Positions 1-9,324 of a stretch of 43,481 nucleotides of DNA are shown here, in pieces (position 1 is the first letter of the stretch; each line of letters starts with the position of its first letter). Position numbers and translations under genes: made by a program. The notes beneath the pieces are model-generated. The model made no database searches and was not told the DNA's origin. It saw only the letters and a program-made list of their open reading frames with translations. The DNA is from Aquificales bacterium (lineage in GTDB: Bacteria > Aquificota > Aquificia > Aquificales > Aquificaceae), in NCBI GenBank assembly GCA_027078675.1, contig JALWWX010000194.1, positions 1 to 43,481 on the forward strand. The letters run 5' to 3'.

Positions 1-539
1 TGATACTGAGCGATAGGACTTTGAGAAGGCTTATTTCCGCGGGTGAGCTTCTAATAGAACCCTTCAATGAGGAGTGTATTCAATGTTCCTCCATTGATCT
101 TAGGCTCGGCGATGAGATAGGTTTTTATGAGGGAAGCTATATGATAGACATAAAGAAGGATACTTTTAAGATAGAGGTAAAAAAGATAGAGGATGAGTTT
201 GTTATTCTGCCGAGGCAGTTCGTACTCGCTACCACCCTTGAATATATAAAATTGCCCGATAATGTTACCGCCTTCGTGGAAGGAAGATCCTCTTTGGGCA
301 GGCTCGGTCTTTTTATAGAAAATGCGGGTTGGGTTGATGCGGGATTTGAGGGGCAGATAACCCTTGAACTTTTTAATGCAAATAAAAGGCCCATAAAACT
401 TTACAAGGGTATGAGAATATGCCAACTTGTATTTGCAAAATTGGATGAGAAACCTTCAAGATCTTACAGCGGTAAATATAAGGGTCAAAGGGGAGTTACA
501 CCGTCCCGTATATTCATGGATTCTGACATTCATTCATAA
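1..539 (+). CDS. dcd: dCTP deaminase (5' end cut by about 1 nt at the window edge)
   Basis: Motifs SIDLRLG, VEGRSSLGRLGL and GWVDAGFEGQITLE match dCTP deaminase. In frame, nt 3-20 read ILSDRT, and window nt 1-2 (TG) would complete an ATG one base upstream. This gives the canonical MILSDR N-terminus rather than the TTG at 21. Confidence 0.9.
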   Translation, partial: ILSDRTLRRLISAGELLIEPFNEECIQCSSIDLRLGDEIGFYEGSYMIDIKKDTFKIEVKKIEDEFVILPRQFVLATTLEYIKLPDNVTAFVEGRSSLGRLGLFIENAGWVDAGFEGQITLELFNANKRPIKLYKGMRICQLVFAKLDEKPSRSYSGKYKGQRGVTPSRIFMDSDIHS

Positions 540-1221
540 TCTTTAACAGCCATATACGAACTTCTTCCGTATTTTTAAATATACCGTCAATCTCTACGGG
601 CGGTTTATTTATACCCACATAGTAAGCCTTTCCGCCGAGATGTTTTATTGTTTTAAAAGCATCAAAATCTGTTGTGTCATCCCCTACATATATGGCTTCT
701 GAAGGATTCCAACCCGTTACATTGAAAAGATTTATAATGCCTTTCCCCTTATTTGTATCTGAATATAAAGCCTCATAAATCTTTTTACCCTCAATTACCT
801 TCTTCGGGGGATACTTATTTACAAATTCATAGAATATCCTTTTTACCTCTTCCTCATTACCTTTAAACCTTCTATAGTGAAGGGCAAAACCGCCCTTCTT
901 TTCCTCAATATCTATACCTTCAAGCTGAGATATTGCATTTTTTAGCTCCTCAATGGGAGGAAGATCGTCTATTTTTTCCTCAAATATCTTTATTGAATCC
1001 CTGAATATCTCAACACCGTGGGATGTTATAAGGTATATAGTATCCTTTATATCTCCAAATACATTTTTAAAGCTTTTATAATCCCTTCCAGTAACTATGG
1101 CTACCTTACAGTTTTCAGATATACCCTCTATAATACTCTTTGTTCTTTCATCTATTCTTGCAAGTTCAGGCTTTTCTGCTATGGGGACAATGGTACCGTC
1201 GTAATCTAAAAGGAGAATCAT
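514..1221 (-). CDS. otsB: Trehalose-6-phosphate phosphatase (HAD-IIB family)
   Basis: MILLLDYDGTIVPI (HAD motif I) and VGDDTTDFDAF (motif IV) are typical of OtsB. I chose the ATG at 1221, which overlaps the gcvPA stop as ATGA, rather than the ORF-track start at 1317. Confidence 0.75.
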   Translation of the reverse strand: MILLLDYDGTIVPIAEKPELARIDERTKSIIEGISENCKVAIVTGRDYKSFKNVFGDIKDTIYLITSHGVEIFRDSIKIFEEKIDDLPPIEELKNAISQLEGIDIEEKKGGFALHYRRFKGNEEEVKRIFYEFVNKYPPKKVIEGKKIYEALYSDTNKGKGIINLFNVTGWNPSEAIYVGDDTTDFDAFKTIKHLGGKAYYVGINKPPVEIDGIFKNTEEVRIWLLKIMNECQNP

Positions 1222-2531
1222 GATGATAAAATTTCTGCAAGCTGATCCATTTCCTCTCTTTTCCTTTTCTCCGTAACAGCTATGAGAAGGGTGTTTTCGT
1301 AATTTCCATACTTCCACAGGGGAACGCCTAAGATAAATCCGTTTTCTTTAGCCTTCCTGTACATGTATTCAGCTTCTGGATGTTTTACAGGAAACTCCCA
1401 CAGATGTTTACCTTTAAAAGGCACCGTAAAGCCCAGTCTTTCTAATTTTTCTCTGAGATAAAGAGCCTTTGAAGTTGACTGAACTGCTACTTCCTTTAAT
1501 CCTTCCTTTCCTAAGAGAACAATGTATAAAAGATTGGCAAAAGCAAGAAGTTGTTGATTTGTACATATATTTGATGTAGCCCTTTCCCTTCTTATATGTT
1601 GTTCCCTTGTTTGCAATACTAAAGTGAAAGCCTTATTACCCTCAATATCTTCTCCCAACCCACATATCCTTCCGGGCATGTTTCTTATATACTCCCTTTT
1701 GGTGGCAAAAAATCCTATACCGGGTCCACCAAGATTCATGGGGATACCCATTTGCTGACCTTCTCCTACAACGATATCCGCGCCAAAGGAAGAGGGCGGT
1801 TCAAGGACAGCGAGGGCTATAGGATCAGCTACTATAATAAGAAGTGCATTATGTTCCTTAACTACGCTTGCAAGATCTTTTAACGGTTCAACAAAACCGA
1901 GGAAGTTTGGATACTGTAATGCTACAGCTATTGTATCGCCTTTTTTCATTAGATCCTTCAATATATCAGCAGATGTTGTTCCTTCTCCTGTCAGCCCTAT
2001 CTCTTCCAGTTCAAACTCTTTGTTATATAGGTAGGTTTTGACAACCCTTTTATAGAAGGGATGTACACCTTCCGATATTAAAATTCTTTTTCCCTTTTTT
2101 ATACTTGATGCCATAAGTAAAGCTTCCGCCAAGGCTGTAGCTCCGTCATACATGGATGCATTGGCTACATCCATACCAGTAAGTTCCGCTATAACACTTT
2201 GATATTCAAACATTATTTGAAGTGTTCCTTGGGAGGCTTCGGATTGATAGGGGGTATAGGCTGTCATGAACTCGCCCCGTGTTAGGAGGTAGGGTATAAC
2301 GGAAGGTATTATCCTGTCGTAAATGCCAAATCCTGCAAAATTTGTAACCTTTGAATTTAAACAACCGAGTTGTTCAAATATCTTTCTTATTTCTTCCTCA
2401 CTCTTGGGTTCATCAAGGTTTGCTTTTGAAAAAAGATTTTTATCAATGTGGATAAATAAATCATCAAGTTCCTTTATACCGAGTAATTTTAATGCTTCAT
2501 CAAGCTCCTTCTCCGAATAGGGTATGTACAT
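1218..2531 (-). CDS. gcvPA: Glycine dehydrogenase (decarboxylating) subunit 1
   Basis: 437 aa. N-terminus MYIPYSEKELDEALKLLGI, then FMTAYTPYQSEASQGTLQ and a PLP-fold core. It lies directly downstream of gcvH. Confidence 0.9.
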   Translation of the reverse strand: MYIPYSEKELDEALKLLGIKELDDLFIHIDKNLFSKANLDEPKSEEEIRKIFEQLGCLNSKVTNFAGFGIYDRIIPSVIPYLLTRGEFMTAYTPYQSEASQGTLQIMFEYQSVIAELTGMDVANASMYDGATALAEALLMASSIKKGKRILISEGVHPFYKRVVKTYLYNKEFELEEIGLTGEGTTSADILKDLMKKGDTIAVALQYPNFLGFVEPLKDLASVVKEHNALLIIVADPIALAVLEPPSSFGADIVVGEGQQMGIPMNLGGPGIGFFATKREYIRNMPGRICGLGEDIEGNKAFTLVLQTREQHIRRERATSNICTNQQLLAFANLLYIVLLGKEGLKEVAVQSTSKALYLREKLERLGFTVPFKGKHLWEFPVKHPEAEYMYRKAKENGFILGVPLWKYGNYENTLLIAVTEKRKREEMDQLAEILSS

Positions 2532-2537
2532 TTCTCC

Positions 2538-3071
2538 TTATTTTTCCTCCTCATATCCGAGTTCTTTCTCGGGAATATTTTCAATGGATTCTTCAATCTC
2601 CTCCGTTTCTATTTCAACCTCCTGTTCTTCTTCTTCTTTTATTATCTCTGCCAATAATTCCGCATAGTCTTCTGCTGTCATGAGGTCTTCCACTTCCGTG
2701 GGATCAGAAAGTTCAAGTATGGCTATCCATCCCGCATCGTAAGGATCTTCATTTATAAGGGTCGGTTCATCCGTAAGCTGGTTGTTGACCTCTGTTACCG
2801 TTCCCGTTAAAGGACTGTAAACGGGGGCCACATTTTTTACCGATTCAATATTTGCTATGGTATCACCCGCATCAACTGTTTGCCCTTCTTGAGGCAGGTC
2901 TATATACACTATATCTCCCAGAAGTTTCTGGGCATAGTCTGTTATACCTATTTGAGCCTTTCCATTTTTTATATAAGCCCATTCGTGATCCTTTGTGTAA
3001 TACCTATCTCCCTTAACCAAATATTTGCCTACATAGATGTCTTCCATCAAGCAACCCTCCGTCGTTTTCAA
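2538..3071 (-). CDS. gcvH: Glycine cleavage system H protein with an acidic C-terminal extension
   Basis: YYTKDHEWAY, GITDYAQKLLGDIVYIDLP and the lipoyl-lysine motif IESVK are present. An alternative start (MEDIY) lies at 3047. The last 37 aa or so are an E-rich tail. Confidence 0.9.
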   Translation of the reverse strand: MKTTEGCLMEDIYVGKYLVKGDRYYTKDHEWAYIKNGKAQIGITDYAQKLLGDIVYIDLPQEGQTVDAGDTIANIESVKNVAPVYSPLTGTVTEVNNQLTDEPTLINEDPYDAGWIAILELSDPTEVEDLMTAEDYAELLAEIIKEEEEQEVEIETEEIEESIENIPEKELGYEEEK

Positions 3072-3078
3072 TTATATA

Positions 3079-3615
3079 TTATCGCTCAAGGGCTGACTCT
3101 TTTATATCTTCGCTCCTTATTTTTCCCGCATTCATATTTATGTCTTTTACTTCAATTCCAAAAGTTTTTCTTAAAAGGTTTATCCCTTCGTTAATATCAC
3201 CGTCAACACATCTTTCAAAGCTTTTAATCAGATAATCTATATCCCTTTTAAGTATATAGGACATAAAAGCCCAACCATCCTTTGCCTTTGCCACCGCGTT
3301 ATCACTCGCATTCTTTAGGATATTAACTATATTTTCCTTGCTTAAAACCGCATTTCCGTCTATAAGTAAGACATCATTTGATCTGAGCTTTCTTAGTCCT
3401 ATATAGGCACCGTAGGAGAAGCTATCCTTTTTGTTATTGACAAAGCACAGGTTAGGAAACATATCAAAAAATTCAATAAAATTCCCGCTGAGGCTTATAT
3501 AGAGGTTGTCTATACCCACCATCTTTGTGAGAAGGTTTATATTGGAAATCCAAGTTTTATATAGCTTTTCCTTATTTTCTTTTAGCCTTGAATAAAGGAC
3601 TATGAGAACCTTCAT
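3079..3615 (-). CDS. Hypothetical protein (178 aa), weakly resembling a nucleotidyltransferase fold
   Basis: Long ORF with the local codon and purine bias, 7 nt upstream of gcvH. The segment GLRKLRSNDVLLIDGNAVLSKENIVNIL resembles the MobA/IspD-type core, but the N-terminal Gly-rich loop is absent. No family could be assigned. Confidence 0.5.
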   Translation of the reverse strand: MKVLIVLYSRLKENKEKLYKTWISNINLLTKMVGIDNLYISLSGNFIEFFDMFPNLCFVNNKKDSFSYGAYIGLRKLRSNDVLLIDGNAVLSKENIVNILKNASDNAVAKAKDGWAFMSYILKRDIDYLIKSFERCVDGDINEGINLLRKTFGIEVKDINMNAGKIRSEDIKESALER

Positions 3616-3632
3616 TATAATATATTATTTTA
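3616..3632. promoter_or_regulatory. Putative back-to-back -10 boxes in a 17-nt divergent spacer
   Basis: TATAAT (3616-3621, + strand) lies 11 nt before the waaA ATG at 3633. TAAAAT (reverse complement of 3627-3632) lies 11 nt before the ATG at 3615 of the 178-aa gene. Neither start has an SD. Confidence 0.3.
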
Positions 3633-4718
3633 ATGGTTTTTAGCTTAAAGGAAAGACTAATATTTCATATACCTAAGGATTTAAGACAATGCAGACCCGT
3701 ATGGTTTCATTGTGCAAGCGTAGGGGAGTTTAATACCGCAAGGGTCATTATTGAAGATTTAAAAAGGGAGGGAATGAAGGTGATCGTTACTTATTTTTCT
3801 CAAAGGGCGAAATCTTTTATGGAAAAAAGGGTAAGCGGTATAGTTGACTGGGTAGGAGTTCTGCCCATAGATCTTCCCTTCACCATAAGCAGGTTCAACA
3901 GGCTCTTTGATCCGAGATTGTTGATAGTCGTTGAAAGGGAATTTTGGCCCTTTTTACTTTCAAAGACGAAGGCTCCAAAAATACTTATAAATGCTTATGC
4001 AAAGGGTAGTTTTATGGAAAGAAGGCTTATAGACAGGTTTGATCATGTTATTGCAAGAACGGAGAGGGACGGAAGGATATTGAGGGAAGAGGGAGCTAAA
4101 AGGGTCAGTATTTGCGGTAATTTAAAGCTTGTTTTTACAACCACAGAGGAGGTCTCAGATATATCTTTGGAAGGAAACATATTTGTGGGCGGAAGTACCC
4201 ATGAGGGTGAGGAGGAGGTATTACTTAAAATATTTTCCCTTTTGAAAAAATCCTTTGATAATCTAAGACTCGTAATAGCTCCACGGCACATTTCCCGCTC
4301 CAGGGAAGTTTTAAAGCTTGTTGAAAGCTACGGATTCAAGGTATCTTTAAGGAGTGAGGAAAAGGATGATTGGGAGGTTCTTGTGGTTGATACTATGGGG
4401 GAGTTACCCCTATTTTATAAAAAGGCTAAGGTTGCCTTTGTGGGTGGTACCTTTGTCCCCGTAGGGGGCCACAATATAGCGGAGCCTTGCAGATACGATG
4501 TACCTGTCATCTACGGTCCTTATGTAAACAAGATAGAAGATGTGGCTTATATACTTGAGAAAGAAGGATTAGGATACAGGGTTTTATCCGTGGATGAGGC
4601 TGTCAGAATAGTTTCGGAGATACTTAAAGGTAACATAGAATTTAAAAGGGGTCTGATGAAAGATTTATCGGAAAGTATAAAGTCATGCTACAAGAGGATT
4701 ATATGGGACTACCTTTAA
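3633..4718 (+). CDS. waaA: 3-deoxy-D-manno-octulosonic acid (Kdo) transferase
   Basis: VWFHCASVGEFNTARVII is the signature N-terminal motif. A GT-B C-terminal half follows (GGSTHEGEE, GGTFVPVGGHNIAEP). The 361 aa length is comparable to the short Aquifex-type WaaA. Confidence 0.85.
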   Translation: MVFSLKERLIFHIPKDLRQCRPVWFHCASVGEFNTARVIIEDLKREGMKVIVTYFSQRAKSFMEKRVSGIVDWVGVLPIDLPFTISRFNRLFDPRLLIVVEREFWPFLLSKTKAPKILINAYAKGSFMERRLIDRFDHVIARTERDGRILREEGAKRVSICGNLKLVFTTTEEVSDISLEGNIFVGGSTHEGEEEVLLKIFSLLKKSFDNLRLVIAPRHISRSREVLKLVESYGFKVSLRSEEKDDWEVLVVDTMGELPLFYKKAKVAFVGGTFVPVGGHNIAEPCRYDVPVIYGPYVNKIEDVAYILEKEGLGYRVLSVDEAVRIVSEILKGNIEFKRGLMKDLSESIKSCYKRIIWDYL

Positions 4719-6205
4719 AACACGTTTATGGTTTCTTCTTTTATGTTTCCTTTATAGTCTTCAAGAACATAGATGTAAAATTTCCTTATATCTTTGCCCC
4801 TCCATTTAACGTAGTATGTTGTTTCCTTTAATACTCTTTTGAAGCCTCTTTTTATGCGGTCGTCTATGGGGGAGTAACTTACAAATACCGCATTATAACC
4901 CTTAAATTCTTTCATCTTGTACTTCCACAAGTCATACTGGTTCATCCTTCTGCCCCTGTTTATACAGAAAGTTTCTGGATTACCCTCCACATAAAAGGCA
5001 AGCTCAGCTGTTATCTGATACCTGTCGGAAAATATAAAAGTGTTTTCATCCTTCCACTTGCTGACGAGCTTTCCCAATTCTTCCCATCCCACCAGCCTTC
5101 CTTGAGGATCCTTTTCGGGGGGAAGCAATTTAGTCATACCAAGTTTATCAATGAGAGGGGTGAAGTGGGTTATTATGGAAAAGAAGAGGGCAATAAACAG
5201 GGATGGTATATGTATAAATGCTCCTTTATTTAAGGAATTTTTTATTAAAAGGGCTGTTATCGGTATTACACCTACGTATCCGAAGGCGGGCCAATTGGCT
5301 TCCACCTTTGTATAAATTGACATTAAAAGGAACATGATGAACACAGGTAGGGAGAAAACATTAAGGAAACCTATATTTTTATCAGGGGATGTTGAATATT
5401 TTAACCATGAGTATACTACATACAGAAATATTGACGGTCCGAGTATAAGAATTTGTCCACCTATGTAACTCGGTATCCTTTCCAAGGAAAATCCTTTTCT
5501 CTCAGGTGGTGTAGTTTCCATTAAGCCCGCAAGGGTGAACAGATGTTTGAAACCTACCCAGTCATTAAGCATGTTCCACAGAAGGACCGGGAGCAGACCA
5601 GTAAAGACTATAGCTGTGCTTATATATATGCCTTTTTCTTTCAGCTTTTTCCTATCGTAAAGAAAGGCAAACAGGAAGGCTAAAAAGGGTAACAGGATGC
5701 CTGTGTATTTACTCAAAAGGGCTAAGGCGCCGAATTTACCCGCATATATCCAATATTTAAGAACATTCTCATTGAAGGCCTTGGCATAGAAGTACATAGA
5801 CAAAGTCCAAAAGAGTATAAGGGGTGTATCTATGGTCATCAGAACTGATAGAAGTTGGAAGCCTACTGTCAGTAGAGGAATAGTTCCAGCTATAAGCCCG
5901 AGGATAGAATTACCGAAAAGATATTTTGTCATATAGTATAAGGTCAAGGATGTTATTGCGGACATAATAACCGCTCCTATTCTGACACCCAGTTCTGTGT
6001 TCCCGAATAAATGGGTGGTGAGCGCTATAATGTAGGCGGTAAGTGGAGGTTTTGCATAATAGCTTATCTGGAGATGTCTTGAATAGTCCCAGTATAAGGC
6101 TTCATCTGGTGCAAGATCAAGGGGGTAAAAAAGAATATAAAATATCCTGAAAATACATACGGAAAGAATAATAAGCAGGAGAATAAGTAAATTTTTATCT
6201 TTCAT
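4715..6205 (-). CDS. ArnT/PMT-like glycosyltransferase family 39 membrane protein
   Basis: Polytopic membrane protein. It has the N-terminal loop motif APDEALYWDYSRHLQISYYAKPPL typical of GT39/ArnT-type lipid-linked sugar transferases. ATGA overlap with the epmA stop. Confidence 0.8.
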   Translation of the reverse strand: MKDKNLLILLLIILSVCIFRIFYILFYPLDLAPDEALYWDYSRHLQISYYAKPPLTAYIIALTTHLFGNTELGVRIGAVIMSAITSLTLYYMTKYLFGNSILGLIAGTIPLLTVGFQLLSVLMTIDTPLILFWTLSMYFYAKAFNENVLKYWIYAGKFGALALLSKYTGILLPFLAFLFAFLYDRKKLKEKGIYISTAIVFTGLLPVLLWNMLNDWVGFKHLFTLAGLMETTPPERKGFSLERIPSYIGGQILILGPSIFLYVVYSWLKYSTSPDKNIGFLNVFSLPVFIMFLLMSIYTKVEANWPAFGYVGVIPITALLIKNSLNKGAFIHIPSLFIALFFSIITHFTPLIDKLGMTKLLPPEKDPQGRLVGWEELGKLVSKWKDENTFIFSDRYQITAELAFYVEGNPETFCINRGRRMNQYDLWKYKMKEFKGYNAVFVSYSPIDDRIKRGFKRVLKETTYYVKWRGKDIRKFYIYVLEDYKGNIKEETINVF

Positions 6206-7077
6206 AATTTCAGGAAGTCAATATCCCATATACTGGATAAACCTTCCTTTACCATAAAAAGTCTCTCAAGACCTATTGAACACCCTGCGGATTCGGGCAT
6301 ATTTTTATGGGCTTCTATAAACTCTTTATCCAAGGGCAAATTCCTCTTTTCTGCTTCCGCCTTAAGCCTTTTTTCAACTTCTTCTGGATCCGTCTCCTCC
6401 GTCCATCCGTTTGCTATTTCAACACCGTTTATGTAGAGTTCAAACCTTTCCGCATGGTTATTGTTTGTTTTTGACAGTATTGCAAGCCTCTTTGGGAAAT
6501 TTATAAGAAAGGTGGGTTTTTCTCTTCCGAGGTTCCTTTCAATCTCAAGATAGATCCTGTAAAATATTGTGTCCCAATCTTCCTTGTCGTCAAACTCGTA
6601 TCCTGCGGTTATAAGATTATTCTTAAATATTTCCTCATCTTCTGAAAGTATTATATCCGCATATCTTTCAAAGGCTTCCTCAACCGTTATGGTTTCAAAA
6701 TCATTGTATCCGAAAATAGACAAGAGTTCTTTAAGTTCATCAATTATATAATTGTAGTCAGCGGAGATTTTGTACCATTCAAGCATGGTAAACTCTTGGG
6801 AATGGAGTCTTCCCTTTTTGTCATCTCTAAACACCTTAGTTATCTGAAAAATATCCTTACCGTATCTGGATAAAAGCTTTTTCATAGCATACTCAGGAGA
6901 TGTGTGTAGCCAGAATTTTCCTTCGTTGTTTTTTAGTTTTACCTCCACGGGTTCTGTGTTAGGGTCAAGATTTGGATACCTTCTCAGTATTGGCGTTGAT
7001 ACCTCAATATAATTTTTCTCCCTGAAAAAATTTCTAACTGTTTCAATGAATTTACTCCACCTTTCAATCATGGGCAT
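6202..7077 (-). CDS. epmA: Elongation factor P--(R)-beta-lysine ligase (truncated class II LysRS paralog)
   Basis: TSPEYAMKKLL, EFTMLEWY, EKPTFLINFP, AERFELYINGVEIANG and MPESAGCSIGLERLFM align with the EpmA/GenX motifs. Confidence 0.85.
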   Translation of the reverse strand: MPMIERWSKFIETVRNFFREKNYIEVSTPILRRYPNLDPNTEPVEVKLKNNEGKFWLHTSPEYAMKKLLSRYGKDIFQITKVFRDDKKGRLHSQEFTMLEWYKISADYNYIIDELKELLSIFGYNDFETITVEEAFERYADIILSEDEEIFKNNLITAGYEFDDKEDWDTIFYRIYLEIERNLGREKPTFLINFPKRLAILSKTNNNHAERFELYINGVEIANGWTEETDPEEVEKRLKAEAEKRNLPLDKEFIEAHKNMPESAGCSIGLERLFMVKEGLSSIWDIDFLKL

Positions 7078-7149
7078 GTAATATCTTAACCATTTTACCC
7101 TTTACACTACCCCTTTTTTATGAGATATTTCTTTTGAAGGGGTGATGAG

Positions 7150-9324
7150 ATGAATGGAGTTATACCGCAAGAAACCTTAGATGCTTTCAGCGGTGATGAA
7201 CTAAGGGCGCGTGTCTTTTATGAAAAGTATGCCCTGAGGGACTTAGAAGGCAATCAAATAGAAAAGACGCCCGAGGAGATGTGGAGAAGGGTTGCAAGGG
7301 AGATAGCGAGTGTTGAAAAGGAAAGTATCAAGAAAGAGTGGGAGGAAAAGTTTTATTGGCTTATGGAAGATTTTAAATTTATACCGGGTGGAAGGATACT
7401 CTTCGGAGCGGGCAATCCCCGTAGGGCAACCTTGCTTAACTGCTATGTTTTACCCATAAAAGAAGATTCCATAGAGGGCATATTTGAAACCGCGAAGGAG
7501 ATGGCGAGAACCTATTCTTTCGGTGGGGGTGTGGGTGTTGATATATCCATTTTGAGACCCAAGGGTGCGGTGGTTAACAATGCTGCCATATTTTCTACTG
7601 GATCCGTGTCCTTCATGGAGATATTTTCCCAGACCACAGGAACCATAGGGCAGGCGGGAAGAAGGGGAGCTTTGATGATAACCATACACTGTGCCCATCC
7701 AGATGTTGAGGAGTTTATCGTTATAAAGAATGATCCGGAAAGGAAGAGAGTGAGATATGCGAACATCTCTGTTTTGGTATCCGATGAGTTTATGGAGGCG
7801 GTAGAAAGAGGTGATGAGTGGGAACTGTGGTATCCGGATAAGTACCCTGAAACATCTTTTATATCCGAAGCCTTTAATGGTGACAGTAATGCCTACAAGG
7901 AGCTTGTTGAGACTCTTGATACTTTGGGAAAGAAGTATGCGGAAGGTACATTAAATCTTCACGAAGCGCTTCTTGAAGTTCAATCCCTTCAGGAGAAGTT
8001 TCCCGATATAGGTATTATATTCAACGGCAGTAAATCGCCCTATTATATTGACAAGGATTACTTTATATTTGCTGGACCTTCCGGAATAGAACCGAGGAAG
8101 AAGAAAGTTTACAAGAGGGTGAAAGCGGAGGAGCTGTGGAACAGGCTTATTCAAAATGCTTGGTCCTCTGCGGAACCTGGGGTGATCTTTATATCGCGTA
8201 TGCGGGAATATTCAACTACGGAATACAACGGTATGGAGGTTTTAACCGTAAATCCCTGCTCCGAGATCTCTTTACAACCTTACGGATGTTGTTGTCTCGG
8301 AAATATAAATCTTTCCTACTTTGTTAAAAATGCCTTTGAGGAGAACGCGGGAGTAGATTACGACAATTTGGAAAAGGCTTTGAGGTATGCGGTGAGATTC
8401 CTTGACAATGTTCTGACCTATAACGAGGAAAAGCATCCACTTAAAGAACAGTCTGATTCTGCACGGTGGACAAGAAGGATAGGTGTGGGTTTTACGGGTC
8501 TCGGCGATATGCTTGCCAAACTCCGTATAAGGTATGATTCTGAAGATGCGGTAAAATTTGTGGACGAGCTTTTTTACTGGATAAAACATGTTGTTTATGA
8601 TGAGAGTGTTAATCTTGCTGAGGAAAAGGGAAGATTCCCCGCCTTTGATGCGGATAAACACCTTAGCCAACCCTTTTTTAAAGACTTTAAAGAAAAGCTG
8701 AAGGAGAGGATAAAAAGATCCGGGCTTAGAAACTCATCACTGCTTACCGTACCTCCTGTGGGTTCAGGTTCCATCTTGGCAGGTACATCCTCGGGTATTG
8801 AACCCATATTTGCCCTTTACTACATAAGAAGATCAGAATCCCTTTCCGAAGGTACCTTCAGGGTTTATCACTGGCTTGTTAAGGAGTATATGGAAAAGTT
8901 TGGTCTTAACGATGACTCTTTTGACAGGGAAAAGCCAGAATTCTTCGTTACAGCCCATGAGATAGATCCTTACTTCAGGGTTAGGATGCAGGCGACGATC
9001 CAGAAACACATAGATCATTCCATAAGCTCCACTGTCAATCTTCCCGAGGAAGTATCTCCCAAGACCATAGGTGACATATACTTCAATGCATGGAGGCTCG
9101 GCTGTAAGGGTATAACGGTTTACAGGGAAGGTTCAAGGGAGGGTGTGCTTATTACGGAAGAGAAAAAGGAGAAAAAGACATACCTTATAATATTGGAAAA
9201 CGGTACAAAGATTGAAGCGGAAGAGGATGATATCGTAATATACAACGGTAAAGAATACACTGCGAAGGAGCTGTATGAAAGTATGAGTATGGTTGAAGAG
9301 ATCAAGAAGAAGGAGGAAGGATGA
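7150..9324 (+). CDS. nrdJ: Adenosylcobalamin-dependent (class II) ribonucleotide reductase, large N-terminal piece
   Basis: The ATP-cone-less class II core is present, including the active-site loop VNPCSEISLQPYGCCCLGNINLS, PPVGSGSILAGTSSGIEP and GCKGITVYREGSR. The GGGGTGA SD lies upstream of the ATG. Confidence 0.9.
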   Translation: MNGVIPQETLDAFSGDELRARVFYEKYALRDLEGNQIEKTPEEMWRRVAREIASVEKESIKKEWEEKFYWLMEDFKFIPGGRILFGAGNPRRATLLNCYVLPIKEDSIEGIFETAKEMARTYSFGGGVGVDISILRPKGAVVNNAAIFSTGSVSFMEIFSQTTGTIGQAGRRGALMITIHCAHPDVEEFIVIKNDPERKRVRYANISVLVSDEFMEAVERGDEWELWYPDKYPETSFISEAFNGDSNAYKELVETLDTLGKKYAEGTLNLHEALLEVQSLQEKFPDIGIIFNGSKSPYYIDKDYFIFAGPSGIEPRKKKVYKRVKAEELWNRLIQNAWSSAEPGVIFISRMREYSTTEYNGMEVLTVNPCSEISLQPYGCCCLGNINLSYFVKNAFEENAGVDYDNLEKALRYAVRFLDNVLTYNEEKHPLKEQSDSARWTRRIGVGFTGLGDMLAKLRIRYDSEDAVKFVDELFYWIKHVVYDESVNLAEEKGRFPAFDADKHLSQPFFKDFKEKLKERIKRSGLRNSSLLTVPPVGSGSILAGTSSGIEPIFALYYIRRSESLSEGTFRVYHWLVKEYMEKFGLNDDSFDREKPEFFVTAHEIDPYFRVRMQATIQKHIDHSISSTVNLPEEVSPKTIGDIYFNAWRLGCKGITVYREGSREGVLITEEKKEKKTYLIILENGTKIEAEEDDIVIYNGKEYTAKELYESMSMVEEIKKKEEG

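Noticed and set aside
3072-3078. A glycine riboswitch ahead of the gcv genes.
   Set aside because: gcvH is preceded by only 7 nt after the upstream ORF. The operon's 5' spacer (3616-3632) is 17 nt. There is no room for a riboswitch.
7078-7149. A cobalamin riboswitch or NrdR box upstream of the B12-dependent RNR.
   Set aside because: The spacer is only 72 nt, too short for a B12 riboswitch. Only one ACACTA-like half-site is present (TTTACACTACCCC), with no palindromic partner.
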